In this document: piece by piece, positions 19,587-29,893 of the stretch
Position numbering within the stretch: position 1 is the first letter of the stretch
Layout of the letters: each line of letters starts with the position of its first letter
NCBI GenBank assembly: GCA_963704885.1
Contig: CAVPIB010000001.1
Span: 832,001-896,000, forward strand
Direction of reading: 5' to 3'
DNA: 64,000 bases
From: an uncultured Actinomycetes bacterium
Lineage (GTDB): Bacteria; Actinomycetota; UBA4738; HRBIN12
Made by a program: the position numbers and the translations under genes
Notes under the pieces: model-generated
The model's database searches: none
The model's input: only the letters and a program-made list of their open reading frames with translations
What the model was told of the DNA's origin: nothing

Positions 19587-20167
19587 TGGGTCTCGAGCTG
19601 GGTGAAACGCCGCCAGGCGGCGGCCCACCCAGCGTCGTCCCTCGCGAACCGCTCCATGGGTGAGTTGGGCGACTGCCGATCCCAGATGCCGAAGAAGGTC
19701 TGCCCGTAGCCCAGGAGGTAGCGCTGGCCCGAGTGCGTGTATTGCATGGCGTCGCTGTCACCGGGATCCGATGGGACGGCGCCGCCACTGGTCCCGCCCG
19801 GCACGGCCACGTTGTTCGGCTCGAGTCCTACGAACCTGGTCCACGCCTGACGCCAGCCCTCGTCCGTCCGTACGAAGCGCTCGGCCGGGGCGTTGGGTGA
19901 CTGCCGGTCCCAGATGCCGAAGTGGTCGCTTCCGAACCCCAGCACGTAGCGGTAGCCCGAGTGCGTGTAGCGCGTCGATGACTCCGCGGTCTGCGCGGCG
20001 ACCGGGGCGGTGGCGGTCTCAGCAGCGGTCGTCGCCGGCGTCGGCTCCGGGGTGGCGGCCGTCTGCGTCGAAGCGGCCGGCGGGGGGACCGTCAGGTCGC
20101 TGTGGCAGTAACGACATCTGATCGCTTCGTCCTGGATCTCTTCCGCGCAGTAGGGGCACTTCTTCAC
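19535..20167 (-). CDS. Zinc-ribbon protein with two tandem ~50-aa repeats
   Basis: [20 protein letters not shown]; repeat [32 protein letters not shown] occurs twice. Confidence 0.8.
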   Translation of the reverse strand: MKKCPYCAEEIQDEAIRCRYCHSDLTVPPPAASTQTAATPEPTPATTAAETATAPVAAQTAESSTRYTHSGYRYVLGFGSDHFGIWDRQSPNAPAERFVRTDEGWRQAWTRFVGLEPNNVAVPGGTSGGAVPSDPGDSDAMQYTHSGQRYLLGYGQTFFGIWDRQSPNSPMERFARDDAGWAAAWRRFTQLETHYSEVGLGGGSSGPAAS

Positions 20168-20225
20168 GCTCGAACCTTTCGATCAGGCGACCTCTAAGGC
20201 TACCCCAGCGTGCCCCCGGGGACGA

Positions 20226-20258
20226 CGGAGCCCGGTCGCCTTCGGCGACCGGGCTCCG
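20226..20258 (-). terminator. Perfect 15-bp stem-loop downstream of 20280..20795
   Basis: CGGAGCCCGGTCGCC-TTC-GGCGACCGGGCTCCG. Confidence 0.7.
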
Positions 20259-20279
20259 CGAGGTCTGGACGAGCGGTAC

Positions 20280-20795
20280 CTAGGCGCTGAAGCCGCCGTC
20301 ACCCCCGCTAGAGGGGGCAGGCGGCGCGGCGCTAGCCCCAGCCGGCTCCTGGAATCTCATCCATGATCCGTACGCCACCACGATCAGCAGGATGAGTCCG
20401 ATCCACGCACCGATCGCCGGCTCGTTCGTCACGACCAGCACGAACTTCAAGAGGCCGAAAGCCACGACGGCGAAGCCCAGGTACGCGGAGCCCTGTGAAG
20501 GCGTAACGCCGATCGACAGGTTCATCTGCATGTTCGAGAGCTGTACCGACTCCCAGATCAGCAACACGATCAGGAGGATCCCCATCAGGAGACCGGCGAA
20601 CCCGCCGCTGCCGCCCCAGGCGTTCGCCTTCGCGCAGATGTCCCCGAAGCCGCCCAGATCGCCGAGAACATCCGATGCGCAAACCTTCTGCCAAGAGAGG
20701 AAACTGTCCACGAGTAGCAGGATCCCCCCGACCAGCGTGATCTTGGTGGCCATCGACATGTTCTTCATGTCGAAGCCTCCCGATGACTTCTCCAT
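20280..20795 (-). CDS. Four-TM membrane protein of unknown function
   Basis: SD AAAGGAG before ATG 20795; four hydrophobic segments; FLSW...NAW loop with two Cys. Confidence 0.8.
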   Translation of the reverse strand: MEKSSGGFDMKNMSMATKITLVGGILLLVDSFLSWQKVCASDVLGDLGGFGDICAKANAWGGSGGFAGLLMGILLIVLLIWESVQLSNMQMNLSIGVTPSQGSAYLGFAVVAFGLLKFVLVVTNEPAIGAWIGLILLIVVAYGSWMRFQEPAGASAAPPAPSSGGDGGFSA

Positions 20796-20879
20796 CCTTG
20801 CTCCTTTCGAGCGCACGGCGGGTGACGCACTCCGAGTGCGCCGGAACGTCAACGATTCAAGCCCCTGCTCGGGGGCGAG

Positions 20880-21476
20880 TCAAACACGCGAGGCCCTGGG
20901 TCTTGCCCTAGAGGAGAGGCCCAGGACGGCCGCACCGGCGCCTGCCGCGAGCGCGATCCATGGTGCGAGCGCCGGTTTGGTGAACGGCGGAGGGTTCAGG
21001 ATGGCCATCACAGACCCTGCGACGATGATCGATCCGCTCGCTATCGAGACGATCCGCGAGGCGGCGGGGCGGCTGCCTAGGAGCAGCCAGCCGGCGAGGC
21101 CCGCGACCGCCGCGAACGCGGCCACTATGGACCAACGCTGCTCGAACGCCCATGCACCTCCGAACCCCGAGCCTGTGCCGAACCGGGTCCACGGTAGGAG
21201 GGTGGCCAGGGCCGCGACCGCGATCAGCGCCCCGATGCCGGCATCCGCCCGGGAGCGGATCGCCCGCCGGCGCCACGCGGACAGTGGAGCCACGACCGCC
21301 ACGTCTTCGCCCAGGACTTCGGAAAGACATTCGACACCCATCACGCGACCGCGTACCGGCACCGCGCACTCGACGCAGAGCGGCCGTCCGCACACCTCAC
21401 ACGTGGCAGCGGTGGCCCGAGTGGGGTGCGTAGCGCACCGTTCGGCACCCTTGACTGCGCGATCCTCGGTCGGCAT
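20880..21476 (-). CDS. B-box zinc finger + membrane protein
   Basis: CATHP...CEVCGRPLCVEC...CLSE followed by about four TMs; TAAGCT 6 nt before the ATG. Confidence 0.75.
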   Translation of the reverse strand: MPTEDRAVKGAERCATHPTRATAATCEVCGRPLCVECAVPVRGRVMGVECLSEVLGEDVAVVAPLSAWRRRAIRSRADAGIGALIAVAALATLLPWTRFGTGSGFGGAWAFEQRWSIVAAFAAVAGLAGWLLLGSRPAASRIVSIASGSIIVAGSVMAILNPPPFTKPALAPWIALAAGAGAAVLGLSSRARPRASRV

Positions 21477-21533
21477 GTCCGAAGCTTACGCTGACCTCCG
21501 CCGGCGCTCGGACCAGGTGATAGCGTCGGCGTC

Positions 21534-22145
21534 ATGGAGGGACGAGTCGCGGTGTTGGTGTCGGGCTCGGGCACGAATCTGCAGGCGCTCCTAGACCACT
21601 CCGCCATCCGGCCCCACCTGGCGCTCGTGCTGTCCGATCGGCCGAACGTCAAGGCCCTCGATCGCGCCGAGCAGGCGGGGATCGAGGCCACCGTGATCGA
21701 ACCGGAACGATCCGCCGACCGGGCGGACTTCGACAGAGCGGTCCTCGAGTTCCTCAAGGATCGAGGGATCGACATCTTGGTGAGCGCGGGTTACATGCGC
21801 TTGCTGGGTGCGCCCGTTCTCGACGCCTACGGAGGTCGCTGGCTCAACGTCCACCCTGCCCTCCTGCCGTCGTTCCCGGGGATGCACGGTGTGCGGGACG
21901 CCTTGGCGTATGGCGTGAAGGTCACCGGCGTCACGGTCTTCCTGGTGGACGAGGGGGTGGACACGGGGCCGATCGTTGCGCAGGAGATGGTGGAGGTCAT
22001 GCCCGACGACGACTGGGACTCGCTCGAGGTACGCATCCACGCGGCCGAGCATCGGTTGCTCCCGGCCGCCCTCCTCGCCCTGATCGAAGGCAGGCTGAAG
22101 GTGGACGGCCGGCACGTCCTCGTCCGGGGGTCGAGCGATGGCTGA
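21534..22145 (+). CDS. purN: Phosphoribosylglycinamide formyltransferase
   Basis: SGSGTNLQA, AGYMR, NVHPALLPSFPG, VDTGPI. Confidence 0.96.
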   Translation: MEGRVAVLVSGSGTNLQALLDHSAIRPHLALVLSDRPNVKALDRAEQAGIEATVIEPERSADRADFDRAVLEFLKDRGIDILVSAGYMRLLGAPVLDAYGGRWLNVHPALLPSFPGMHGVRDALAYGVKVTGVTVFLVDEGVDTGPIVAQEMVEVMPDDDWDSLEVRIHAAEHRLLPAALLALIEGRLKVDGRHVLVRGSSDG

Positions 22146-23679
22146 AGTTCATCAGGTCCGCCACGTTCTGCTGGCCGTCTACGACAAGACCGGCGTGGTC
22201 GAGCTGGCCCGGGGGCTGGTTGAGCTGGGCGCGACGCTCGTGTCGTCGGGCGGAACCGCGAACACGCTGCGCGAAGCCGGCCTGCCGGTCACGCCCGTCG
22301 AGGACGTGACTGGCTTCCCCGAGATGTTGGGTGGCCGCGTGAAGACGCTGCATCCAAAGATCCATGGCGGCCTGCTGGCCGACCAACGGAAGCAGGAGCA
22401 CGTCGATCAGCTGGCCGAGCACGGGATCGAGGCATTCGACCTGTTGGTTTCCAACCTCTACCCGTTCCGCGAGACGGTGGCGAGCGGTGCCGGGTTCGAC
22501 GACGTGATCGAGAGGATCGACATCGGCGGGCCGGCCATGGTGCGCGCGGCCGCGAAGAACTTCGCCTCCGTCGGCGTGGTGGTGGATCCAGCGCGCTACG
22601 AGGGGTTGTTGGATGAGCTACGGCGTGAGGGCGGACTCACGCTCGATACCCGCCGTCAGCTGGCCACTGCTGCCTTCGCGCACACGGCCGCATACGACGC
22701 TGCTATAGCGAGCTGGTTCGCTCTCCAGGACCCTGGCGACGGCCTGCCCTCGTTCCTGGGTCTGGCGTTCACGAAGACGGACGAGCTTCGTTACGGCGAG
22801 AACCCTCACCAGCGCGGAGCGATCTACACGGAAGCCGGCGGGCCCGGCACGCTTGGCGGAGCGCGTGTACTTCAGGGCAAGGAGATGTCGTTCAACAACT
22901 GGCTGGACGTCGACGCGGCGTATTCGCTCGTGGCGGAGCTCGCTCCCAACGCGGTGGTGATCGTGAAGCACAACAACCCGTGCGGCGCGGCGCTCGGCGA
23001 TACGTGTGCCAAGGCATACGAGGCGGCCTTCGCATGCGACACCGTCTCGGCGTTCGGGGGGATCGTGGCCTTCCACGGGACCTGCGACGGAGCAGCGGCC
23101 GCGGCCATGGCCGATGTGTTCACCGAGGTCGTGGTGGCGCCATCGTTCACGCCCGACGCGCTCGCCGCGTTCGGACAGCGTCAGAACCTCCGGGTGGTGG
23201 AGGCGCCTTTGCCCACCGGCGCCGCCCTCGACGTGCGCCCGATCCCAGGGGGGGCGCTGGTCCAGGACCGGGATCTTGTCGTAGAGACGGCCGCGGAGTG
23301 GAAGGTCGTGTCGTCCCGGGAGCCGAGCCCCCAGGAATGGCGCGACCTGGCGTTCGCGTGGACGGTGGCGTGGCGGGTGAAGTCGAACGCTATCGTCCTG
23401 GCCAGAGACGGCGCCACCGTCGGCATCGGCGCCGGCCAGATGTCGCGTGTGGATGCGGCGTGGATAGCGACCCGCAAGGCCGGCGAACGCGCGACGGGAG
23501 CCGTGATGGCGAGCGATGCGTTCTTCCCGTTCCCCGATGCGTTGGAGGTCGCGGGGGACGCGGGAGTGACCGCCGCCGCCCACCCGGGGGGCTCCAAAGG
23601 CGACGAGGCCGTGCTGGCCTCCGCCGAGGCTCGGGGGATGGCGATCGTGCTTACGGGCCGCCGCCACTTCCGGCATTGA
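22138..23679 (+). CDS. purH: AICAR transformylase/IMP cyclohydrolase
   Basis: GGRVKTLHP, IDIGGP, LRYGENPHQ, KHNNPCG, GQMSRVD, ASDAFFPF, RHFRH. Confidence 0.97.
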   Translation: MAEVHQVRHVLLAVYDKTGVVELARGLVELGATLVSSGGTANTLREAGLPVTPVEDVTGFPEMLGGRVKTLHPKIHGGLLADQRKQEHVDQLAEHGIEAFDLLVSNLYPFRETVASGAGFDDVIERIDIGGPAMVRAAAKNFASVGVVVDPARYEGLLDELRREGGLTLDTRRQLATAAFAHTAAYDAAIASWFALQDPGDGLPSFLGLAFTKTDELRYGENPHQRGAIYTEAGGPGTLGGARVLQGKEMSFNNWLDVDAAYSLVAELAPNAVVIVKHNNPCGAALGDTCAKAYEAAFACDTVSAFGGIVAFHGTCDGAAAAAMADVFTEVVVAPSFTPDALAAFGQRQNLRVVEAPLPTGAALDVRPIPGGALVQDRDLVVETAAEWKVVSSREPSPQEWRDLAFAWTVAWRVKSNAIVLARDGATVGIGAGQMSRVDAAWIATRKAGERATGAVMASDAFFPFPDALEVAGDAGVTAAAHPGGSKGDEAVLASAEARGMAIVLTGRRHFRH

Positions 23680-23707
23680 TCCTGCCTCGCAGGTAGGATT
23701 CCGGCTC

Positions 23708-24574
23708 GTGACGGCTCGCATCCTGGACGGGAAGGCGATCGCCGGCCAGATCCGCAGCGAGGTCGCCGATCGGGTACGCGCGCTCGCTGAGCGCGGCGTG
23801 ACCCCGGGCCTGGCCGCCGTCCTGGTGGGCGACGACCAAGCCTCTCGGATCTACGTCGGTGCCAAGCACAAGGCCTCAGCGGACGTCGGCATCCGTTCCG
23901 AGCAGATCGACATGCCGGCCTACGTGACCGAGGGCGAGCTACACGCCACCATCCGGCGCCTGAACCGCGACCCGGAGATCCACGGGATCATCCTGCAGCT
24001 GCCCATGCCGCGGCACATCCGCGAGCTGGAGGTGCAACAGACCATGGAACCGTCGAAGGACGTCGACGGTCTGCACCCGTGGAACGTGGGCATGATGGTT
24101 CGCGGCGAGCCGACGTTCCGGCCGGCGACCCCTTACGGCATCGTGGAGTTGCTCCTGCGCTCCGGGATCGATCTGCAGGGGGCCGAGGTGGTCGTGGTCG
24201 GGTACGGCGAGCTGGTGGGAGCCCCTCTCTCCATCATGTTGGCGCAGGACTCGATCCGGGGGAACTCCACGGTGACCTGCTGCCATGTCAAGACGCAGAA
24301 CCTGGCAGATCACACGCGCGCGGCCGACATCCTGGTCGCCGCCGCGGGCGTTCCCGAGATGATCACCGGCGACATGATCAAGCCGGGCGCCACCGTGATC
24401 GACGTAGGCGTCCATCGGACCGAGAGAGGCCTGGTCGGCGACGTGCACTTCGAGCAGGCGTTGGAGGTCGCCGGAGCTATCACCCCCGTGCCCGGCGGCG
24501 TGGGTCCCATGACCGTCTCGATGCTGTTGGTGAACACCGTCGCCGCCGCTGAGGCGCAGGCGTTCGGCAGGTGA
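23708..24574 (+). CDS. folD: Methylenetetrahydrofolate dehydrogenase/cyclohydrolase
   Basis: ILDGK, YVGAK, LQLP, KDVDGLHP, DVG, TPVPGGVGPMT. Confidence 0.95.
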   Translation: MTARILDGKAIAGQIRSEVADRVRALAERGVTPGLAAVLVGDDQASRIYVGAKHKASADVGIRSEQIDMPAYVTEGELHATIRRLNRDPEIHGIILQLPMPRHIRELEVQQTMEPSKDVDGLHPWNVGMMVRGEPTFRPATPYGIVELLLRSGIDLQGAEVVVVGYGELVGAPLSIMLAQDSIRGNSTVTCCHVKTQNLADHTRAADILVAAAGVPEMITGDMIKPGATVIDVGVHRTERGLVGDVHFEQALEVAGAITPVPGGVGPMTVSMLLVNTVAAAEAQAFGR

Positions 24575-25488
24575 CCGCCGGGGGTCGGTTGGCTGGCCAC
24601 TTGGCCGCCGGGAAGTTCTGCGTCAGCGGCGAGGTCGTCCCTCCTCGATCTGGGAACGGCGCCGACATCACGCGACACGCCCGCGCGCTCGTGGGATACG
24701 TCGACGCCGCGAACGTTACCGACAACCCACTCGCCAGCGCGCACATGTCGCCTTTGGCCGGCGTGCGGTTCGTGTCCGATGCGGGAGTTGAGCCCACGGT
24801 CCAGCTGGTCTGTCGCGATCGGAACCGTCTGGGGATCACCGCGGATCTCCTGGGGGCGTGGGCCCTCGGTGCGCGCAACGTGCTGTGCCTGACCGGCGAT
24901 CCGCTCGAGATCGGTGACGACGCGGAAGCGCGAGCCGTGGACGACCTGACGGTCACAGACCTCGTTGGGCTCGCGCGCCGGATGCGCGAGGAGGGGACCA
25001 CGCTCTCGGGTTCCGAGATCGCGGATCCACCGAAGTACCTGATCGGCGTGGCCGACGTGCCCCTCGCTGATCCATACGACCCCGCCCGGCTCGAGGTGAA
25101 GCTCGATGCAGGGGCCGATCTGGTGATGACGCAGATCGTCTACGACGTAGAGGCTCTCGCACTCTGGGCCGATCAGATGCGTGCGCGAGGCATCTTCGAG
25201 CGAGCGAAGGTGATGGTGGGTCTGGTGCCGCTCCGTAGTGCCAAGGCAGCCACCTTCATGCATGAACATCTGCCTGGGGTGCGCGTTCCGACCTGGATGA
25301 TCGAGTCGCTCGACCGGGCGGGCGACGATGCCCCGGAGGTGGGTCTGGGCCTAACGATCGACGTGGTGCAAGGCATCCGCGGCATCGCCGATCTCTCAGG
25401 TGTTCACTTGATGGGGATGGGTCACGACGACGTCGTCGCTCGGGTCGTCGAAGGCGCCGGTCTCTTCCCGCGTCCCGTGCCCAGCTAG
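24571..25488 (+). CDS. metF: Methylenetetrahydrofolate reductase
   Basis: ANVTDNP, CRDRNR, NVLCLTGD, KLDAGADLVMTQ, GVHLM. Confidence 0.9.
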   Translation: MTAGGRLAGHLAAGKFCVSGEVVPPRSGNGADITRHARALVGYVDAANVTDNPLASAHMSPLAGVRFVSDAGVEPTVQLVCRDRNRLGITADLLGAWALGARNVLCLTGDPLEIGDDAEARAVDDLTVTDLVGLARRMREEGTTLSGSEIADPPKYLIGVADVPLADPYDPARLEVKLDAGADLVMTQIVYDVEALALWADQMRARGIFERAKVMVGLVPLRSAKAATFMHEHLPGVRVPTWMIESLDRAGDDAPEVGLGLTIDVVQGIRGIADLSGVHLMGMGHDDVVARVVEGAGLFPRPVPS

Positions 25489-25499
25489 TCTGAGCGAGA

Positions 25500-26615
25500 C
25501 TAGCGGTCCTCGATGGGGGTGTACGTGCGATCGCGAGGACCGACGTAGTTCGACCCGGGCCGGATGACCTTGTTGTCGGCGTACTGCTCGCGGACGTGTG
25601 CCGTCCACCCCGCCATCCGCGCGGCCGCGAAGATCGGGGTCATCAGGTCCGTCGGGATGCCAAGCGTGTGGTACACGCTCGCCGCATAGAAGTCGACGTT
25701 CGGGCTGAGAGACTTCTGCGCCATGACGGCCTTCTCGATCGCCGCGGAGATCTCGAACCACCTCGTGTCTCCGGCTCGTTCACCGACCTCTTGAGACAAC
25801 CGCTTCAGCACGCGGGCTCGAGGATCCATCGTGGTGTAGACGGCGTGGCCGAACCCCATGACCTTCTCGTGCCGCTCGAGCAGATCGTGGACGTGCGCAT
25901 CGGCCGCCTCGGGCTTGCCGACCTGCTCCAGCATCTTCATGGCTCCCTCGTTCGCGCCGCCGTGGAGCGGGCCCTTGAGTGCGGCGATCGCTCCGGTGAT
26001 GGCGCTGAACATGTCGGCCAAGGTTGACGCGATGATCCGCGCCGTGAACGTGGACGCGTTCATGGTGTGGTCCGCGTACAGCACGAACGTGGTGTCGAGT
26101 GCGTCTGCGTCGTCATCGTCGGGCTCTTCACCCGAGAGCATCCACAGGAAGTTGGCGGTGTGTCCGAGCTTCGGGTTCGGAGCGATAGGCTCCTTGCCGA
26201 TACGCAGTCTGTGGTAGTGCGCGATCAACGTCGGGGCTTTGGCGATCAGCCGAAGCGCCTTGCGGTACTGAGCCTCCGCTGAGTCGTCCCAGCCGTCGGG
26301 GTCGAACGCGGAGGCGGCCGACACGCTCGTTCGGAGCATGGACATGGGCGACGTCTGCTGTGCCAACTCCGACATCAGCCTGGCCAGGAACGGAGAGAGC
26401 GCGCGCGCGTCGACCAGGAAGCCGTTGACCTCGTCGAGCTCTTCGCGAGTGGGGAGGTCGAGGTGATGGAGCAGGTACACGACCTCTTCATAGCTGGCGT
26501 TGATCGCCAGATCTTCGATGTCGTAACCGACGTACCACAACCGACCGAGGTCGCCATCGATATCGGAGATGTTGGTGTCGGCGGCGACGACCTCGCGGAG
26601 TCCCTTCTCTGTCAC
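25500..26615 (-). CDS. gltA: Citrate synthase (short type; 2-methylcitrate synthase not excluded)
   Basis: DHTMNASTFTAR, GPLHGGAN, MGFGHAVY, PNVDFY, ARMAGW. Confidence 0.9.
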   Translation of the reverse strand: MTEKGLREVVAADTNISDIDGDLGRLWYVGYDIEDLAINASYEEVVYLLHHLDLPTREELDEVNGFLVDARALSPFLARLMSELAQQTSPMSMLRTSVSAASAFDPDGWDDSAEAQYRKALRLIAKAPTLIAHYHRLRIGKEPIAPNPKLGHTANFLWMLSGEEPDDDDADALDTTFVLYADHTMNASTFTARIIASTLADMFSAITGAIAALKGPLHGGANEGAMKMLEQVGKPEAADAHVHDLLERHEKVMGFGHAVYTTMDPRARVLKRLSQEVGERAGDTRWFEISAAIEKAVMAQKSLSPNVDFYAASVYHTLGIPTDLMTPIFAAARMAGWTAHVREQYADNKVIRPGSNYVGPRDRTYTPIEDR

Positions 26616-26668
26616 GTCTGCCAGGATAGACGCCCGCGGCCGGAGGCGGCCCCGAGAGAGGTGGACGT

Positions 26669-27739
26669 GTGCCGCATCGCATCACGTTGATCCCCGGCGA
26701 CGGGATCGGGCCCGAGGTGATCGAGGCGGCGCGGCGGTCGGTGGAGGCCACCGGCGTGGATGTCGAGTGGGATCTCCAGGAGATGGGTGCAGGCGCGTTC
26801 GCGCGAACGGGTGATCCGCTGCCGCGCGCCACGCTCGATTCGATCCGCGACACCGGCGTGGCTCTGAAGGGCCCGGTCGAGACGCCGATCACGAGCGGTG
26901 TACGCAGCGTGAACCTGGCGCTCCGCCGCGAGCTGGACCTCTATGCGTGCCTGCGACCTTGCCGGCTGTACCCGGGTATTCCCAGCCTCTACGACCGGGT
27001 CGACCTGATCGTGGTCAGGGAGAACACGGAGGACATGTACACCGGGATCGAGTTCGAGATGGGAACCGCCGCCACGCACGAGCTGATCCGGTTCGTGGGG
27101 GACCGGTCGGAGCGTCCGATGCGCGAGGACACGGGGATCGGCGTGAAGACGATCTCGGAGTTCGGCAGCGAGCGGATCGTGCGCTTCGCCTTCGAGCTGG
27201 CCGTGGAGCAGGGGCGGCGACTCGTCACAGCCGGCCACAAGGCGAACATCATGAAGTTCACCGACGGCCTGTTCCTGAACGTCGCGCGCCGCCTGGCGGG
27301 GGAGTTCTCCCAGGTGGCGTTCGAGGAACGGATCATCGACGCCCTGTGCATGCAGTTGGTCCAGTCACCGGAACGGTTCGACGTGCTGGTGCTGCCGAAC
27401 TTCTACGGCGACGTGGTGAGCGACGTGGCTGCGGGTCTGATCGGAGGTCTCGGCGTTGCGCCGGGGGCTCACCTGGGCGACTCGATGGCTGTCTTCGAAG
27501 CGACGCACGGGACCGCGCCGCACCTGGCGGGAACGAACCGAGCCGATCCGGTAGGGGTGATGCTTTCGGCGGGGATGATGTTGCGTCACATCGACGAACC
27601 GGAAGCCGGCGCCCGGCTGGACGCCGCGATCGCCTCGGTGCTCGCCGAAGGCGAGCACCTGACCGCGGACCTGCGCTGGGACGACCGCCCGGCCGCTTCC
27701 ACGATCCAGGTCGCCGACGCGGTCATCGCCGCGTTGTAG
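26669..27739 (+). CDS. icd: Isocitrate dehydrogenase, type I family, paralogue A
   Basis: GDGIGPE, KGP...RSVNLALR, RENTEDMY, HKANIMK, PNFYGDVVSD, EATHGTAPHLAG. Confidence 0.8.
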   Translation: MPHRITLIPGDGIGPEVIEAARRSVEATGVDVEWDLQEMGAGAFARTGDPLPRATLDSIRDTGVALKGPVETPITSGVRSVNLALRRELDLYACLRPCRLYPGIPSLYDRVDLIVVRENTEDMYTGIEFEMGTAATHELIRFVGDRSERPMREDTGIGVKTISEFGSERIVRFAFELAVEQGRRLVTAGHKANIMKFTDGLFLNVARRLAGEFSQVAFEERIIDALCMQLVQSPERFDVLVLPNFYGDVVSDVAAGLIGGLGVAPGAHLGDSMAVFEATHGTAPHLAGTNRADPVGVMLSAGMMLRHIDEPEAGARLDAAIASVLAEGEHLTADLRWDDRPAASTIQVADAVIAAL

Positions 27740-27752
27740 GTTCGGAGCCTGG

Positions 27753-28831
27753 TCAAGACCGGCAGGGCCCGACCGAGGTGACCAGGGCGGCGTGCTCGAC
27801 CGTCGGCACGTTGAACGTCGAGCTGTTGTCGGCGCACCAGGTCCGCGACGTGAACAAGTAGTCGGTCCGCAACAGCAGCGCCATCCAGATCGGTCCCAGG
27901 ACCGTTCGATCGGCATCGGTCCCAGAGCGCATGGCGTCGCGGAAGTTCAGATCGAGTGTCCGGTACTCGGTGGAGCGATCGCTGATGCCGAATCCGCCGG
28001 CAAGGACCACGGGGAGCGACTCCGCGAGCGCGGCCGCCTGGAGACGTTCCAGGTTCAACGGGTCCTCCATGGCGCCCTGGAGAGCGTCATCGGAGTGCAC
28101 CGCGTACAAGATGAAAGAGCCATCCGGCCGATCGACCTGGACGCGCACCACTAGACCGCGCGGCAGGGACTTGGGCAGCGGGAGCGGATCCACTTGGAAG
28201 TCGGATACAACCACGACGCGGCCGTCGACCAAGACCGACCCGAAAGCGTCGGAACCCGCGATCGCGGCCCGGTCCTTCTTCGCCGGCACGACCAACACGG
28301 CCACGTCGGCGTGTGCCTTGCGCAGCGCAGCGACGATCGCTTCGATCTTCGGGCGCGTCGCCGGGCAGGCTGATGGTGGCCACCCGGACCGTGTCGCTCG
28401 CCGGCCGACCGAGCTGCGCGGTCTTGGGTCCCATCACGGTCACCCAGCCGAAGACGGCGACCGATGCGACGACGAGGAGCGTGGTCAGCTTCTTCTCGTC
28501 TGCGGCGGCGATCAGCAAGCCCACGATCGCGGCGGCTACCAGGATGGGGAGCGCGAGCGCGACCATCTGCATGGCGGGGCCAAGATCGCGGACCAGGAAC
28601 CACGTCCAGGGAAGGGCCGCACCCACGACCGACCATCGCAGGTCTCTGAACAGCTTGCGCAGGCCGCCCAGGCGGTGAGGGCGGGGCTGGTGCGACTCCT
28701 TCGGAGGCAAGGTCACGCCGGGTCGTCTTCGTTCGATCGGCAGTCCCGGAGCACGCGCTTCGGGGTCTGACCGTGCGCTCGGCTCCGGCGGGCACCCAGG
28801 TCTCGGGCTTGGTGGTGGGCGGAGTGGCCAT
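27753..28831 (-). pseudogene. Membrane-anchored endonuclease/exonuclease/phosphatase-like protein, interrupted by a frameshift near 28352 (possibly another near 28763); may be sequencing error
   Basis: LPWTWFLVRDLG and TMs in one frame; IVAALRKAHADVAVLV...VVLAGGF...RTDYLF...EHAAL in another; the in-frame GTG at 28716 is an alternative start. Confidence 0.6.
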
Positions 28832-28953
28832 CTCCTTTGTATCGGCATCTGAGGTGCCTCTGGCGCACCCATCGAGGGCCAGAAGACACAGGTTTCCGCC
28901 AGCGACGTCTGGGTAGCATGAGGCGACATCGATCCTGAGGAGCCTGAAGAGCC

Positions 28954-29880
28954 ATGAAGGTCACGATCGTCGGGAGTGGGTTCGTCGGACAGACGACGGC
29001 CATGCGGGTGCTTCAGGGGGGTCTGGCAGACCAGGTCGTCCTGACCGACATCGTCGAGGATCTGCCGCAAGGCATCGCCCTCGACATGAAGGAATCGGCC
29101 CCTGTCGAGCGATTCGAGCCGAACATAGTGGGCACGAACGACTACGCGGACACGGTCGGCTCCGACGTGGTGGTTATCACGGCCGGGTTCCCCCGCCAGC
29201 CGGGGATGAGTCGCATGGACCTGCTCGGCAAGAACGCGGGCATCATGCGCGACGTGATCGGCCGGATCGCTCCCGGTTCGCCGGACGCGATCGTCATCGT
29301 GGTGACGAACCCGCTCGACGAGATGACCTATCTGGCCGCGGAGGCGAGCGGGTTCAAGAAGGAGCGTGTGATGGGAATGGCGGGCGTGCTGGACTCGGCA
29401 CGACTGCGCTTCTTCATCGCGGAAGAGCTTGGTGTGTCTCCGCTCGTGGTCGAAGCCATGACGCTCGGCTCGCACGGCGACGCCATGGTGGCGCTCCCGC
29501 GTCACGCCACGGTCGACGGGAGGCCGCTGCCGGGTCTGGTGGACCGCGAGACGCTCGACCGTCTGTTCCAACGGACCCGCGACGGCGGAGCCGAGATCGT
29601 GGCGCTGCTCAAGAAGGGGAGTGCCTACTACGCGCCCAGTGCGTCTATCGCTCAGATGGTGGGCGCGATCGCCGGCGACACCGGCCAGGTGCTGCCTGTG
29701 TGCGCGTGGGTCACCGGCCAGTACGGGATCAGCGACGTCTACGTGGGCGTACCCGCGAAACTCGGACGAGGCGGCGTGGAGCAGATCGTGGAGCTGGACC
29801 TGAACGAAGACGAGACCTCAGCCCTGCGAGCGGCGGCGGAGGGCATCCGCGAGAAATGCGCCGACCTGGCGAACATCTGA
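28954..29880 (+). CDS. mdh: Malate dehydrogenase (LDH-like)
   Basis: VGSGFVG, TAGFPRQPGMSRMDL, VTNPLD, GVLDSAR, GSHGD, GSAYYAP. Confidence 0.95.
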   Translation: MKVTIVGSGFVGQTTAMRVLQGGLADQVVLTDIVEDLPQGIALDMKESAPVERFEPNIVGTNDYADTVGSDVVVITAGFPRQPGMSRMDLLGKNAGIMRDVIGRIAPGSPDAIVIVVTNPLDEMTYLAAEASGFKKERVMGMAGVLDSARLRFFIAEELGVSPLVVEAMTLGSHGDAMVALPRHATVDGRPLPGLVDRETLDRLFQRTRDGGAEIVALLKKGSAYYAPSASIAQMVGAIAGDTGQVLPVCAWVTGQYGISDVYVGVPAKLGRGGVEQIVELDLNEDETSALRAAAEGIREKCADLANI

Positions 29881-29893
29881 GTCTCACGGACGT

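Noticed and set aside
28832-29571. N-terminal part of the 494-aa minus ORF
   Set aside because: Antisense shadow of mdh; only the distal membrane part looks coding.
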